The position numbers were made by a program, and so were the translations under genes. This document shows, in pieces, positions 13,088 through 26,964 of a DNA stretch of 64,000 nucleotides. The stretch comes from Eledone cirrhosa (lineage: Eukaryota), in assembly GCA_964016885.1 (NCBI GenBank), contig OZ024740.1:219542001-219606000 (forward strand). Direction: 5' to 3'. Below the pieces are notes generated by a model, which was not told where the DNA came from, did not search any database, and saw only the letters and a program-made list of their open reading frames with translations. Numbering within the stretch: position 1 is the stretch's first letter; every line of letters starts with the position of its first letter.

Positions 13088-13334
13088 CCCCTTTGATACC
13101 AACCTGCCTAAAACTGTCCCTTTATTCTATCGCATGATGCTATTTGTTTTAAAGTGTTTAAATACCTTTCAGTATAATTTCATGCCAGAACCTTTGTCAA
13201 GATATGCTCCAAATACCAGCTTAATAATGAAAAATTGAGTTCTATTACTAAATCCCTACAAATTCTTGATTATTTTCAAAATTAATTGAAAATCACAGGC
13301 AGTGTCTTTTATTAGAAATATGGTAACAAAAGAG
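13088..13334. mobile_element. piggyBac-like MITE (family B)
   Basis: TTAA flanks and CCCCTTTGATACCA / TGGTAACAAAAGAG ends. Confidence 0.75.
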
Positions 13335-15134
13335 TTAATAAAATCAATTATATGTTTTTGTTTTATCTGAATAAAGTCTCCTTCTAAAGCATTTCTTGAT
13401 TCTCTTAATGTTTTAATAAAATGAAGATGGTGCAGTTTTCCATAAAATATAGGCATGGGTTCCAATATTTTTGTAAGATCATATAAGGGTTCTGTGACAA
13501 AATTAAGTTTGTACTAAATGAATATGATAAAATAAAATATTTTGAGCAAATAGTTTCAAATAAATGGAAGCTGATATAATAAAGAAACTAAAGATCAAGT
13601 GATGTCTGAGTTATTGTTAATATAATTATAACTTTCCAGACTATTAACCTCGTTAGAGATGAAACATTTTTTTTAATATTTACATTTGCATTATGTTTCT
13701 ATATTACATTACTATGCCACTGTAGCTTTGGTGTTAATAACATTACTACACTATTTAGTTTAGAAATAAAGCTTCTGTGTTCCAACCCAGTTCAGTACTT
13801 TGTAGACATTCAGGAATAAGTCATCTGGTAACAATCAAAGATCAAACTAATCAAAACGTAGCATAGATGTAATTATTGATTTCTAGCAGATGTAAATATT
13901 AAGAAAACTAACTGATGTACCCAGCTTCGCCTGATAGAGAAGACAGGTAAAAGAGAAAATGACTGAATTGGATGTTTGTCTGGTTACAGCATGAGGCGAG
14001 TCCATGGTGTCTGTGTGATACAAAAACAGTAAAAACAATCTTCCAGATATACCAGATACTTCGTTGTACCATTTGTGCATAGTATATGAACAATTCTAAG
14101 TGCTCCCACCCAGAATAGTGACCTCTAGGAGATGGTTCATCTTCTGCCTGACTGTAAAACATGTATCATTGCATAGACGTGGTTGTTCCACGTTTCTCAA
14201 AAGGATGACGGAAGTTTCAATCTTTTATATTATATGTAGATATAGATATAGATAATTAATATAAAAGATGTCCGTCAATGTAAAAAAGGTCCCTATTTAC
14301 TCCCTTCACAACTCTGTGTATGTTAGACTGACAGACAGGCACACAGACAGATAAACTGCATGGCGATTGTGGGATGCCACACCTACACACATGGAAACGT
14401 GCACACGCACGCAAACTTACACACACACCCGTGCACTTACACACACGCACACACTCACACATGTTGATAGTTTTTACTTTCTGTGGAACGCTGCACGCAC
14501 ACACACAAACATATGCGCACGTACATACACATGCACACATGTTAATAGTTATTGCTTTCCTTCCCCTCTTATTTTCACACACATTACACACACACATGTT
14601 TCTACACTGACACATATACATAGTGTATCCAAACACAGCGTTCACTTTGCCTCTCTCTCCCCTCTCACTCCCTCATTGGCATTATGCATATTAATTTAAG
14701 TTTGGCGTCGTTGAGGTGAGCGGAGTCATTTGAAACCTATGAACCAATGATAATCGAGAATTATGACACACGGAATACTGACATTGTTGAAATTAATATA
14801 TAGATTGTATCATTTCTTAAGAAAGATTATAATTGTGAAAGATGATCTCTTGTGTAGCTGAGCCATGGGAAATCATTTTCTTAAAGTAAATGGTCCCTAT
14901 TGGATAAAGTTAACTAGGATGGTAAGTGAGAAGGGTGAACATATCAGATATGTGAGCAGTATTAAATGGTTAAGCAAATATTGCCTATGAATGCTTTGAG
15001 TTAAAAGAAATATTTGCTATAGTTTATCATAGTTCTATATATTCTTCTAGTTCTTATATGCTTTTTCTCTTGTATCTCCACCTTCTATTGTAAATTACAT
15101 ATACTGATATGGTTTATTTGGATTTAATGAAACT

Positions 15135-15450
15135 GGAATGGCTGAATGGTAAACTTTGCAACCATAAGGCTTAGGTTCAATCCCACTGCATGGTATATTG
15201 GGCAAGTAACTTTTATCATAGATTGAGGTCAAACCAAACATTGTTAGCAAAATTGGGTGACTGGAACCTGTTTGGAATACCATTGGAGGGATTGCATCTG
15301 TAATTCAAAGGGCCAGTCTTGTCACATACTGTATCATGCTGAATATCCTGGAGAGTGTACATGTGTCTATGAAATACTCAGCCACATATATGTTAAGTTA
15401 ACTAGTAGGCAATTTTATTGGTCAATCAACTGGAGGTCTCATCATCAAAA
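15135..15450 (+). mobile_element. tRNA-derived SINE, third family (CORE-like TTGGGCAAGT)
   Basis: TGGCTGAATGG and GGTTCAATCCC boxes; homologous copies at ~25205-25530 and ~59575-59880. Confidence 0.65.
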
Positions 15451-16109
15451 CCAACAGATTTATTTAGTTTGTATTGCATCTCAATTACGATTTCACAATT
15501 TATTAATTTCTATGCCAACATGGGTTGTATGGACCATTACAATCTAACTCAGTTCTTATTTAGTGTTACTGCCCTCCTTGATGAGTCAAGAGATGACATC
15601 ACATTTGTTCATTTCTATTTTGGCATGGTAATTAAAGCCTGACGACCTTTCCTAACTCCAACCATTTTATTATGGCACCGGCTTTAAAGAAATTTTCATG
15701 ACCTTGATAAAACTGAAACAGTCCACGCTATTCTATGTTGTTACTGTTCAACCAACAACCACTTCAAAAAGTGCACTGAGTGGATTTATAATGAGATTAG
15801 CACTAAAGACAATACTCAAAAGTTCCCCCTATATTACATTGCACTTGTTCAATCATGAATCACTTTACAGAGTGTACTATAACTGCAATAAAGTAAATAG
15901 CAAGATCAAAGTAAACTGGTGATGGTCTGAGTCAACAATTAGTGAGTATAAACAGTTCAAATGTGAAATGAATTGATCTACTGTGAGAAGGAGAAAATAT
16001 CTGTTTCAGGTAGAAGCGTTCATCAGACGGTACTAAATTGATAAGTTAGGTTTAACTTTATGATAGATTATGTTTGTCAATGCTCATCATTATCATATCA
16101 TTATTCAAC

Positions 16110-16512
16110 TGCATGAAACAATATCTATCTGATGTTTTGTAAGGGATGTGAAATGCAGAGGATATGCAAAGGCTAAAGAGATGAGGACAGCATTCTTTGG
16201 TAGATATGTGATGTTAATATACATGATCAATGAAACATGGATGAGCTGAGAGTGAAATTTAATATAAGAGAAATTAAATGTTGTATGAAAAAGAGAAAAC
16301 TGAGCTGGTATGGATATGTGATGTGTATGAAGAATGATAGTTGAGTGGAAGGAAATTGCAGTAGAGAAAGACCTGTGCAGAAGTGATGAGAGCAGATCTC
16401 AAAACACTGAACCTCACAGAGGAGATGACAAAGGAATGCAATGAGTAGAGGAAAGTTGTTCTGAAAAAGACACAACTGACCCATGCAGGCATGGAGAAAT
16501 AGGTGTAAAATG
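16110..16512 (+). mobile_element. Highly decayed RTE 3' fragment
   Basis: Remnants of the WYGHV-like motif and the CCCATGCAGGCATGGA tail. Confidence 0.6.
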
Positions 16513-16700
16513 GAGGAGGAGGATTGTCTACTAGATTAGATATATATTTAGGTGAGCATTTCCCTATTAAGCTTTTTATCCTGCTCTTTAAATTTTTCTC
16601 TATATCATCATTATTCACCAAACCCTCTACCCTATACTGGCCCATTTACTTTTCTCTCGGCAGGTAAATAACAAATCCACAATTTCTAAAATTCATTTAA

Positions 16701-16920
16701 CTCTTTAATGTTCAAACCGGCCAAAACCAGCCAGAATTCTCTACCTCTTTCTGTTGAAACTGGCTGCAACTGGTCGCTGTAACTGATGTTAAGGTATTGT
16801 TCTCAAAATAAATACTTTCAAAATCTCATAGATACGATATTATGTGAGATAATTATGCGAGGTAAAGCCTTTATCATGAAAATGTAATAGTATATATAGA
16901 GTAATGTGAATGCTAACGGG
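16701..16920 (-). mobile_element. piggyBac-like MITE (family A), decayed
   Basis: Reverse complement of 1231-1452. Confidence 0.8.
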
Positions 16921-16973
16921 TCAAAGCATTAGGATTTATTGTATGTCTAAAGATAAATTCATTTGCACCCATT

Positions 16974-17025
<52 letters not shown>

Positions 17026-17066
17026 ATAGAATTAGGATTTAGCTTCAAGCCTAGCTGTATACAGAT

Positions 17067-17388
17067 ATGTATTGGAATTACATATTTCTAAAGAAATACA
17101 GTATGTTTATAAATAAACATTTATATAGTTTTCTCGTCTGTGTAAATGAGGTGATTCATCTCATTTACACAGATGAGAAAACTATATATTCCCGCCTGTT
17201 TTCAAAGTCCAGCAGTTGCAAGAGTAAGAGGGATCGTCCTGACAAGAACCAGTTCAGTTTGAAATGCGCATCGACGATTGTCCTCCTTGCTTCTGCTGGA
17301 CACCACCAGATGGCAATAGCCGCGACTGTTTTTGCATAGCAACGGCTTTCTAAATGTTTATTTATAAACATACCACATTCCAATACAT
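17067..17388 (+). mobile_element. Penelope-like non-coding cassette with inverted ends and a decayed hammerhead (17233-17278)
   Basis: Terminal inverted segments, an internal ~30-bp-arm hairpin at 17122-17190, the fold atcgtc-CTGACAA-gaac/gttt-GAAA-TGCGCA-TC-gacgat, and a 3' end in (TA)n. Confidence 0.65.
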
Positions 17389-19690
17389 ATATATATATAT
17401 ATATATATGAAGAGAGAAAAGACTTTCTTATTTTTACAGTGTCTTACAGATAGTCTTATCTATACTTTTTATCAATTTGTGGTCTTATTTTGACTATAAG
17501 TACTAAAATAGTTTGAAAACTATTGTTTTATCTGTGCTAAAAGTGAAAAATGCTTCATGAGATATATTTTGTTTGACTGTTTTGATTCTCCAGCTTTGAA
17601 AATGAAATCTGATTGAATTATTTCTGCTCTGAATGAGAAGTTTACAAAGAACAAAACTCTTCAGTGAATACATTAATTCTATCCTTATAAAACTGTCAAC
17701 CATGTAACACCAAGAATTGCAATGTTTTCAGGTCATTAGATATTCAGACACTCTATGTATAGCTTTGTTCATCATTTTCCCTTTTGCTTCTTGGCTTTGC
17801 TATGAATACAAAAACTGATGTAAAATGGCAAATTCAATAACTGCAGATTATTGTAGATAAAGTTATTCCTTTATGTATAATTTTTTCCATTGTATTTGTT
17901 ATATGCATTGATCATTTGCAAAATAGAATTAAGAGGTGTCATTCTTTTATATACTTCTGATGTTTAACAATAGCTCTCCTTTAGCTAGAGAAGACTGAGA
18001 AAAATAGCCTAGTTATCTAATAAACTAACAAAGCTTCAATTGATAAATTGTTAGGGAATAAACTAATTTGTATTGAGGAGTGAAAGAATACAACTATAAC
18101 TGCATGAGAAAAGCTATATTTGGTCTCTTAAAATGAAGGTTTAAATGATAATTCTCCTCTAACATCAAACCCACAATAATTTAAAGACAATATTGATTTT
18201 TTTTTCAGTAGGTACAAGCTTTTTGTATCATTATTATTATTATTAGTGAAAAGGTTAGCAAATGAAATCAACCCCAGGGTATAATAAGAAAGCTGTCAGT
18301 TCTGGAGTGACTTACTATGATCTCATGGATATTATAGTTTCAAAAACCATCTAGATTTTGCCATTACTAGTGGCGTGTTCTCAGTGGAATTGTCAGTTGA
18401 TCAGATCAGCTAACAAAATAGTGTCAGTTTTTGACTACATCCACAGCAGTAGTTGCAGTAGAAATATCTCTCCAAAACCAGAAATAAGATTTCTTCAGTG
18501 AGGAAGGCAAGCAGCAAGAAACCAAAACATTAAATTTTTCTATCCTCATGGCAATTCTACTTACCAACCACTTCTAGAAACTTTTGTATTCAGTGTTGCT
18601 AATGCAGACAATTGTTAGTTTTCTGGGATTTCTGATTTTATCAAAGTTACAGTAAAATACCAATACATTGGTGTCTGGCTAAAGTGAGATATGGATAGAA
18701 GAAGTTCCAAGAACTGAGTGGTGTGCTAAATGATGAGGGGAGTGTCCCTGAAACTGAAGGGATTAGGTGTATCCTACATATGTGAGGAGTTCCATGATTT
18801 ATGGGAGAATGACATGGGTGATAAATGTAGAATAGCAAAGAAGGTTAGAAAGAATGGGAAAATGTATAGTCTGGTTGATGAGTGAAATACTGCTGTGAGA
18901 GAGGAAAACAAGCAATAATTGGTAGAGGATGATGGGAATAGAGCTAGGGATGAATGTTGTGAAAAGAATTGGAATGAGATGGTTAGGTCATGTGTTGGGA
19001 AAGAATGCAAATGACTGAGTAAGAAGAGTGATGGGAATGAATATAGAATGTAGAAAAAGAAGACAAGAAAGACACTGCTAATGGTGATGGTGAATGAAAG
19101 CCAGGGGCTTTGTGAAGGAGATACAGAAAACAGGGTAAAAGGAGAAGCTTGTCATGGAGCCTGCAAGGCTAACCATTGCTTTAGCAGGCAAAATGGCTAT
19201 AAAACACTTATTGCTGTTGTAGTGTCTGGCTGAATTTGTTTTTTTAATGTATTTTATTGTTTATCTAGAACAGTTAAATATTTCTTGTGTGAAATGTCAT
19301 TTAGAAAAGAAAAGTAAATGGTCTGTTTCATTTTAATGTATAACAATAGACTGTAAATATATATATATACTTAATGCATATATCTTTACACTCTATTGTT
19401 ATATACACTAGTTGTGTAGTGACAGATAGAAGAAATTTAATTTCTAAATCCTAGATGGTCTCTAAATATTACAATTGCTGATATTAAATTGCTGATACCT
19501 TTGTATTCACAAAGTTAATGTCTGCTGAAGAATATTATTCTCTTCAGTAGTCTTCTCTTCAGCAAAATTAATTAAATTTAGCTTCATTGATACCAATTTC
19601 TAAAGACCCAAAAGAACCACTCAAAATATATTTCATCAACTTTATGTATGTATAATTTTCCTATTTCAAACTGTTACTCGTTATTTGAAC

Positions 19691-19873
19691 CGGTGAATTG
19701 GCAGTTTCGGTAGAGGGTCGGATATGCTTTCCAGCATAGTTACGTCCCTTTACGGTCTGAGTTCAAATCCCGCCGAGGTTAACTTTGCCTTTCATCCATG
19801 CAGAGGTCGATAAAATAAATACCAGTAATGTACTGGGTAATTGCTGGCCTTGTGCCAAAAGTAGAAACAATTA
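19691..19873 (+). mobile_element. Meta-core SINE
   Basis: Near-identical to 906-1090; TSD ttatttgaac. Confidence 0.9.
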
Positions 19874-21087
19874 TTTGAACTGATGGGGTAACCTCTACAT
19901 AGTTGCTTGACATGTTAAAATTAGCTACCAAATCTTCCTCAAATCATACCACTCTGTTTTTAAGAACAGTACACATTAGATAATGTTGTCCTAAATCTAC
20001 TAAGACTACATTCTGAATTAAAAGTGGGATGGTCATGGTTGAGAAGAAGTGCACTGGGGCTAAACAATAAATGCTTCATATATGTATATTAAATGGGTGA
20101 AGTAAAATCCTGATAGAGGCTAGAGTGTTTTGAACATAAAAAAGTTACTATAAAAGTTCAATATAGCTGGCATTAAACCAAAAAATTTCAAAGAAATTAC
20201 TTGTATTTATTGAAGAAATCATCAAAGAGAAAAACGCTTTTCTTCATAAGTAAACTGGTTCTCTCTTTCTTGCCGTATGTACTTTACCATTACTAATGCC
20301 TACTGTTTTTTTAATAAATTGAAATTGATGTGAATATTTCAACAAGTGAGAAACAAAGAGTAAGGCAGTTTGGTTAACAACCAGACAAAGACAACAGTTC
20401 TGATATGAACTTTATTGTGTTAGACAAAGTAGCTCGTTGATAAACATATTTTACGGACTCAATTTTTCATGAAAAATAGGGCTTCAAAAGGGAAGATATT
20501 TAATTGAATGTTAGTTTTTCTTTTATTCTTTGATGATGGATTTAGTTATCAGCAATAACAAATCTTGCCCTCCAGACTGCCTAAGATATCTATGTCCATG
20601 ATAGCTAAAGAGTCCTATGTATAATCGACAGTACCAATTGCATTTAGGACATTTATGCTGATGTTGTGTGGGTGACAATGATGCTAGTGGAGGTGGCTTG
20701 CTTGGATATGTGTAATCCCTTTTGAAGTGAGCAGTGCCTTTGTGGTAGATATTTTGCTATCATGCCTGGTTGATGGCCAGTGTTTCCCACCACTTCATTT
20801 GGTAAATTTTCGATAAAACACCCATCTCCAGTTCTGTTAGAAATTTTTCCGGTTTTTTTTTGTTTGTTTTTTTTTCCTTTATTTTAAACTAATCTGACCT
20901 CCAAAAGTGTTGTGAATAAATTTTTTTCTGGAAGCGCTAACTCTAACCCCCTGACAGAAAACTGGGTAGACTCGGCCAGAAGGCATGTGTCAATTACAGC
21001 AGTAGGATTTTAACTCATTGCTTATGAGATCTCAGGGTATTAATTGTTGTTTGTTTTAAGGAAACCTCATAAACCTTGAAAATCCTA

Positions 21088-21196
21088 TAAAATCTCGTCA
21101 CACAATACTATGAAATCTTGTTACACAATCCTAAAAAAACTTGTTACACAATACTATGAAATCTTGTTACACAATGCTATAAAATATTGTTACAAA
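21088..21196. repeat. ~21-22-bp tandem repeat (AAATCTTGTTACACAATACTAT)
   Basis: About five adjacent units. Confidence 0.8.
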
Positions 21197-21360
21197 CTAT
21201 ATGTACACTAATGATTTAAAACTTACATGTAAGTATTCAGATTCTTATCAATTATTGTATATTTCTGTTAGAACTATTTTCCAAATATTTATTCTGAGAT
21301 TTATAAAAACTCTATATAATATAACAATATACGATTATATAACAATATAATATAATATAA

Positions 21361-21452
21361 CTGAAGCGAAAACCATCCCAAACCAAACAGTGAGTGTGTT
21401 TTATATTTCTGGCAATATTATAACAACATGACCCTCCCCAAATATAACAATA
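21361..21452 (+). mobile_element. Short retroelement 3' tail ending TGACCCTCCCCAAATATAACAA
   Basis: Homologous to 36900-36990 and to 26447-26470. Confidence 0.6.
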
Positions 21453-21503
21453 TAATGTAATATAATAATATAATATAACAGTTCTTCATCTCTTTACTTT
21501 CAG

Positions 21504-21605
21504 GGATCCAATATCAGCATTCCAGACAGTGAAGGTAAAACTCCCCTCCATTGGGCTGCCAGCAGTAGAGATCCCACAGCTGTCTCCTGTGTTAAAGTCC
21601 TTCTT
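21504..21605 (+). CDS. INVS: Internal coding exon of an inversin-like ankyrin-repeat gene (GSNISIPDSEGKTPLHWAASSRDPTAVSCVKVLL)
   Basis: Polypyrimidine tract plus CAG acceptor (ttcttcatctctttactttcag) at 21503 and GTAAGT donor at 21606. The exon is 102 nt, open, phase 0/0, with the ankyrin motif GKTPLHWAA. It closely resembles the inversin segment I recall as DSNIGIPDVEGKIPLHWAANHKDPSAVHTVRCIL. No other exon was recognised in the window. Confidence 0.88.
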
Positions 21606-21627
21606 GTAAGTTATTAGTATTATTAGA

Positions 21628-21810
21628 TTGCTTTGTGGCATATAGTTATGTCTCTTTATGTTCTGATTTCAAATCCCACCGAGGTTAGCTTTGTCTTTCA
21701 TCCTTACGGGGTCGATAAAATAAAACACCAGTAATGTACTGGAGTTGATTTAATCGACTTTTCCCTCCCCCAAAAATTGTTGACCATGTGCCTAAATCAG
21801 AAACCCTTAT
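21628..21810 (+). mobile_element. Meta-core SINE directly downstream of the exon
   Basis: Family core GGTCGATAAAATAAA; further decayed copies at ~21860-21992 (+) and ~22410-22550 (-). Confidence 0.8.
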
Positions 21811-23187
21811 TGGAATTATTGTTAACTTTTAGGTTAAGCATATATGAACTTCAGGAAAAAAATTGGCAAAATTGGTACAGCATCAGATTATAAGGTTTTG
21901 TGATATTAATTCTGGTTGTCTGTACTCTGAGTTCAATTCCCACTAAGGCCAGCTTTTCCTTTTATCTTTCATGATTGATAAAATAAAGTACTAATCTAAG
22001 GCAATTGTTAGAGTCAGTCAAGATATTTTGTGGTATCTGTTTTGGTTCTTTATATTCTGAGTTCAAATCCTGTACTGTGTCCAACCTACACTTGACCAAC
22101 ATAGACAGGTATACCTGTGGCCAGTATAATAGCTGAGGTTTCATCAAGCAGTGGATCAATACTAGCTTGGTAAAATTTACATAGACAATTTCAATGTTGT
22201 CGTATAATGACAATTCTATTTAGAATTGGTATAGTATGATCCTATAACTCCTGATAGAGTCGTAGGGGCACTGTATTGACATACAGCATTTCTTGGGCAT
22301 TTTAAGCCTCGTGGAGTCCATCTCTCCTCCATGTCTGAATACAGCAAGTTTCTTCCAGAGAAAGATAGAAAGTGAGATAATTGAAGTGAGAAAGAGATAT
22401 AAGAGGAAGAATCCTGGTACTTTTTTTTATTGACCTCGATAGGATGAAAGGCAAAGTTGACCTCGGTGGGATTTGAACTCGGAGAGAAGAGATCCGAAAT
22501 GACTACCATAAAGCATTCTATCTGAGGTTCTAATGACTGTCAATTCACCACATATTTAGAATCAGGCATTGGAAAAATATTTAAAATATATTAATCAAGT
22601 TGTGAAGAACTTAGCATTAATTCTTGGATACTTATAACAGGCTGTGAAATTTGTTACAAAACTTAAAATGAGATAAACTTAGAATTCTGAAATAGTATTA
22701 CCTGTTACTAATAATGTTAATATATTTTTGATAATTTCTGTAACCTTTCTCTGAAAGTGTTATACTGCTGTCTTAACTTAACTTGATTTACTGCTTCTGC
22801 ATACACTTTTTGTTATGTAATCTGCTGAGCATTGCATTGTCTTACATAAGTAATGGTTTGAGTAACTTGTGTTGACATAAATTTCATGCGTGAAAGTGAT
22901 ATCAGCATTAATAATAAATTTGTTGAAAATTTGTAATGTTAAGTAGCTACACATTTAAGATCAGTTTATTAAATCCATTGAGAACAGAAATGAAACTTTT
23001 TGTTTATAAATCATACGGTAGTCAATATTATAAGAGTCCTCAGTAGAATTTGTTGGAAAATAAAGATATTATGTGTTAATATTGAATATAATGCTATATG
23101 TATATATATGTATGTATATATATATATGTGTGTGTGTATGCATGTATTTCTGCATATATATATATATATATACATACACACACACAA

Positions 23188-23218
<31 letters not shown>

Positions 23219-23224
23219 CATGCA

Positions 23225-23264
<40 letters not shown>

Positions 23265-23654
23265 ATGAAATATTCATAGGTGATTACAGCCTTGCCAAGA
23301 CCTTATATATTTATATACATGGAAAAACAACATTTTATTTGCAGAAAAGAATTAGATAACATTCAGTATGGTAAATAATGTAATAGGAGGAGTGTTTGAA
23401 TTCTATAGAGACTTGTAGATAATTCCACTTTTACATGTACATGCACTCGTATAGCAAGCCAAATCATACATCTTGAATTACTTGGAGGTCAATGCAATAT
23501 AAAAAACAAATATGAAGGTACATATCATTAATGATGCTTGATTAATTCTCTTATCATGTGGACATAATAAATTTAGATTTACAGTAATAAATATTAAAGA
23601 CAAAATAAAAATCATTTTCCGTTATAGATAATTATTTGTAATCTAGCTTCTGCT

Positions 23655-23880
23655 ACCTAGGTGATCAAATTAGTAGGCTGCATTGAGAGCATAGTAGCTA
23701 GAATAAGATCAGGATGAAACAAGTTCAGGGTGCTACTACATTTGTTTGCAACAAAGGTCCCTCTCTGTGAAAGAAAGGCCAACTGTATGATGTCTGTGTG
23801 CAAAGTGCGATATTGCATGGTAGAGACATGGGCAATAAATGCAGAGTTATGTGAAAGCAAGAGAAAAATGAAGCAAGCAT
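23655..23880 (+). mobile_element. Decayed RTE fragment
   Basis: Homologous to the YLGD..RxGWNKF..LHGSETW segment of 30.3-30.5 kb; followed by a minus-strand Meta SINE at ~23885-24060. Confidence 0.7.
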
Positions 23881-24143
23881 TAGGGAAAGTTGATTAAATC
23901 AACCCCAGTATTTGACTGGTACTTTATTTTATCAATGTTGGAAGGATGAATGGCAAGGTTGACCTTGCTGGGATTTGAACTCAGAATGTAAAGAACAGAA
24001 ACAAATGCTGCAATAGCATTTTATCTGATGCTTTACCGAGTCTGACAATCCATCACCCTTTTGCTGTTAAAGATAAGGAAAACTAAGCTTGAGGAGTTTG
24101 ACACAATATACAGAAGAATGTAGTATTGTTTCTGTAACATTTA

Positions 24144-24343
24144 CCATATATACTCGAATATAAGTGATCCCACCCTATTTTATGTCTGAGAAATGGGCAA
24201 AATTCCAAACCCCATTTATGAGCCAAGGCAGCTAATCAACACATTGTTTAGATGGCATATATAAGCCACCCACCCTCCATTTTACCATTGATTTTTTGGT
24301 CACTTGGTCACATATTCCTTAGCTTATATTTGAGTTTATACTG
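24144..24343. mobile_element. pogo/Tc2-like MITE
   Basis: TA TSD and CCATATATACTCGAATATAAG TIR; shares its interior with 3889-4052. Confidence 0.78.
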
Positions 24344-24444
24344 TACATTTGATAACCAAATCTGTGAAATAACAAAATTTTTCAAAATATAGAGAAACAA
24401 AGCAAAGTAGTGTCCTAAATTCAGTTTATTAACTGATAAATAGA

Positions 24445-24662
24445 CTGGTGGATCGGCAGTATTAGTAGAGCATAGGGGAAAATGTTTACTGGTATTTAGT
24501 GGTGTTTTCTATATTCAGTGTTCAAATCCTGCCATGGTGAACTTAGCTTTTCACCCTTCTGGGTTTCATAAAATAACATACCTTTTAAGTAATGGTGTCA
24601 ATGTAATCAACTTTCCCCTTTCCTCCAAACTGCTGCCCTTATACCAATGTTAGAAGGAATTA
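24445..24662 (+). mobile_element. Meta-core SINE, diverged
   Basis: A/B boxes and core are recognisable. Confidence 0.65.
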
Positions 24663-26464
24663 TTAATTTATAATAAAATGTGAACTCTAGTAGTTCCTAC
24701 TTTCCCTGTTGACTACATTTCATGGAGCACTAAACAGATAACACCCATGTATGGCCTCATCCTGGTAGATGGACATTCTGACAGGACAAAAAACAACAGC
24801 TATATAGCTGAGTAAATGAACACAACAAATAATTAAAAGCTATTCATCAAACCTACAAAATGTAGCAGGGTCCTCTTTAAGGATTTTAAGTTTAGCATTA
24901 CTTGTATCTCTTAAACATACTGATTTTACTTTTCTTCTGACCCAGGAAGGCTCAAGTGAGAGAAGTTCCCTGATAAGTGTGCAGACCACTTAAAGTAGCT
25001 TAAATCAGTCCTGGCTAAAATTATTATCTCAACTTCACATTATTAGAAATAACTGGCCTATGCTGTTCCAATTATCATTATATATATATATTTTACATCT
25101 GTTTTTCATCCTGGCATCGTATATGTCTTACTTGAAGGTCAATAGATTTAACAAGAACTCTATGCAAACACAAGCTTCATGATGTATTCTTGAATTTAGA
25201 TATTGAATAGTTAAGAAGTTCCCTTCACTGTCAAGTCCTGGGTTTGATTCCACAGAATGGTATCTTGGGTGAGTGTCATTTACCATTGCTTCAGATCAAC
25301 CCAAGCCATTTGAGTGAAATTACGAATATTGTTTGGAAACCCATCAGATGGACTGTAGCTGTAATTCAAAGAGTTAGACATGTCACACACTGTACTAATC
25401 TGAATCTCCCTGACAATTACATTAAAGGTGCATGTGCCTGTTGAATGCTAATTAATTTTATGAGCAGGTTATTTCATTGATCGGACAACTGTAACACTCA
25501 TCATTGAAAGCAACAGAGTTCCATTCCGTTGTATATATATATAACAGTGGTGGTGGTGGTGGGATATGATGTAAATATATTGGCACTTCATCTACTTGGT
25601 CAACACTCACCTCTGACACTCTAACTTAAGTGTGACTCTCAATTTTAACATTTGACACATTTAAAATGTAGTAGATGAGAAGTCTTGTTTTATTTGGAGG
25701 TGAATAGATTTTAACTAGAGTTCTGTACAAACACAAGCATCATAACGTGTTCTTTATTGGTTTTTCAGAAATTGTATCGAAAAAGTCCATTGGGAACTGC
25801 TAGTTTTTGTTTTTGCTTTTGTTTTGTTTTATTTCCTTTTCTTTTTTTTTATGATTTTATTCAATCACTTTTGGTAGTATTGTCTGAGATACTTATATTT
25901 ACTTTGGATAGAAATCTCAGAAGTTTGGTGAATAGTAGAATCTTATCAGCAGACTATATTGAATTGTGTTGCTTAACCAACTATAGACATCTTTAGAATT
26001 GTCTGCAGACTTGTATAATATGACTATACTATTAAACATTGCTATTTGTTCCTTTTCGTAGTTGTTTTTGTTTGTTGGGTTGTGATAAATTAGTGAAACC
26101 CACTAATCTATATAGCAAATTAATGTGTTTACTCCTCTTGCTTTAGACTTAATTATTTCCTATGTCAGTCAGTCTGACTCCTAGTTTATCTCTCTGTTTC
26201 GTTCTTTCTCTCTCTATCTCTCTTTCTTTCTATATATATATATCTGTGGTGTTTTTGTGTGTGTGTGTTTGTGGTGTATATGTGTGTGCGTGTAGAAAGT
26301 GTCAGTGTGCGTATGTTTTGTTGATTATATGAGTAAGAGAGGCCAGTTATAAATTGAGTATTCCACCTCTGTGTTAGAGAGAAACAGTTTTCTTTGTATG
26401 ATGGTGTAAATAATGTTAATAATATATATATATTTCGTTTCTGAATTTGACCCTCCCAAAGTAT

Positions 26465-26552
<88 letters not shown>

Positions 26553-26964
26553 CTCTGTAATTTTCTAAAATTTATATGCAAAAATATACAAACAGAGGCA
26601 CATAATGCATCTCCTATCTCACTCATATTACTACAATAAGAAATTTGCTTTCCAGTCAGAAGGTCATAGGTTCTAACCCTACATTTGTCCCTGTAAATAG
26701 TTATTTCTCTAAATTACTCATGCATTAATCCTGTATGTTATTTGTACACATGCTGTAATTATATCATAGAAACAAATTATCAAAATATCATTCTTATTTT
26801 AATCACTTCCACGTGTCAGTAATCAGCATAAACTATAGGGTTTCTCTTATGCAAACGATTAATTAAAACAAATTTTCCAGTGTGTAAGCCTGTTCATATA
26901 TCCAGTAAACATGCTGTATATAGCATGTCAATCTTGGACTCCAAAAATTAAATGTGTTCACCAT

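Noticed and set aside
14169-14195. Minus-strand GAAAC-GTGG..CCAC-GTC, the 3' half of a hammerhead
   Set aside because: No CUGANGA or stem I partner was found. It is probably a truncated relic and was not counted.
17303-17316. CCACCAGATGGCA, a CTCF-like motif
   Set aside because: A single short match inside a repeat, with no support from sequence alone.
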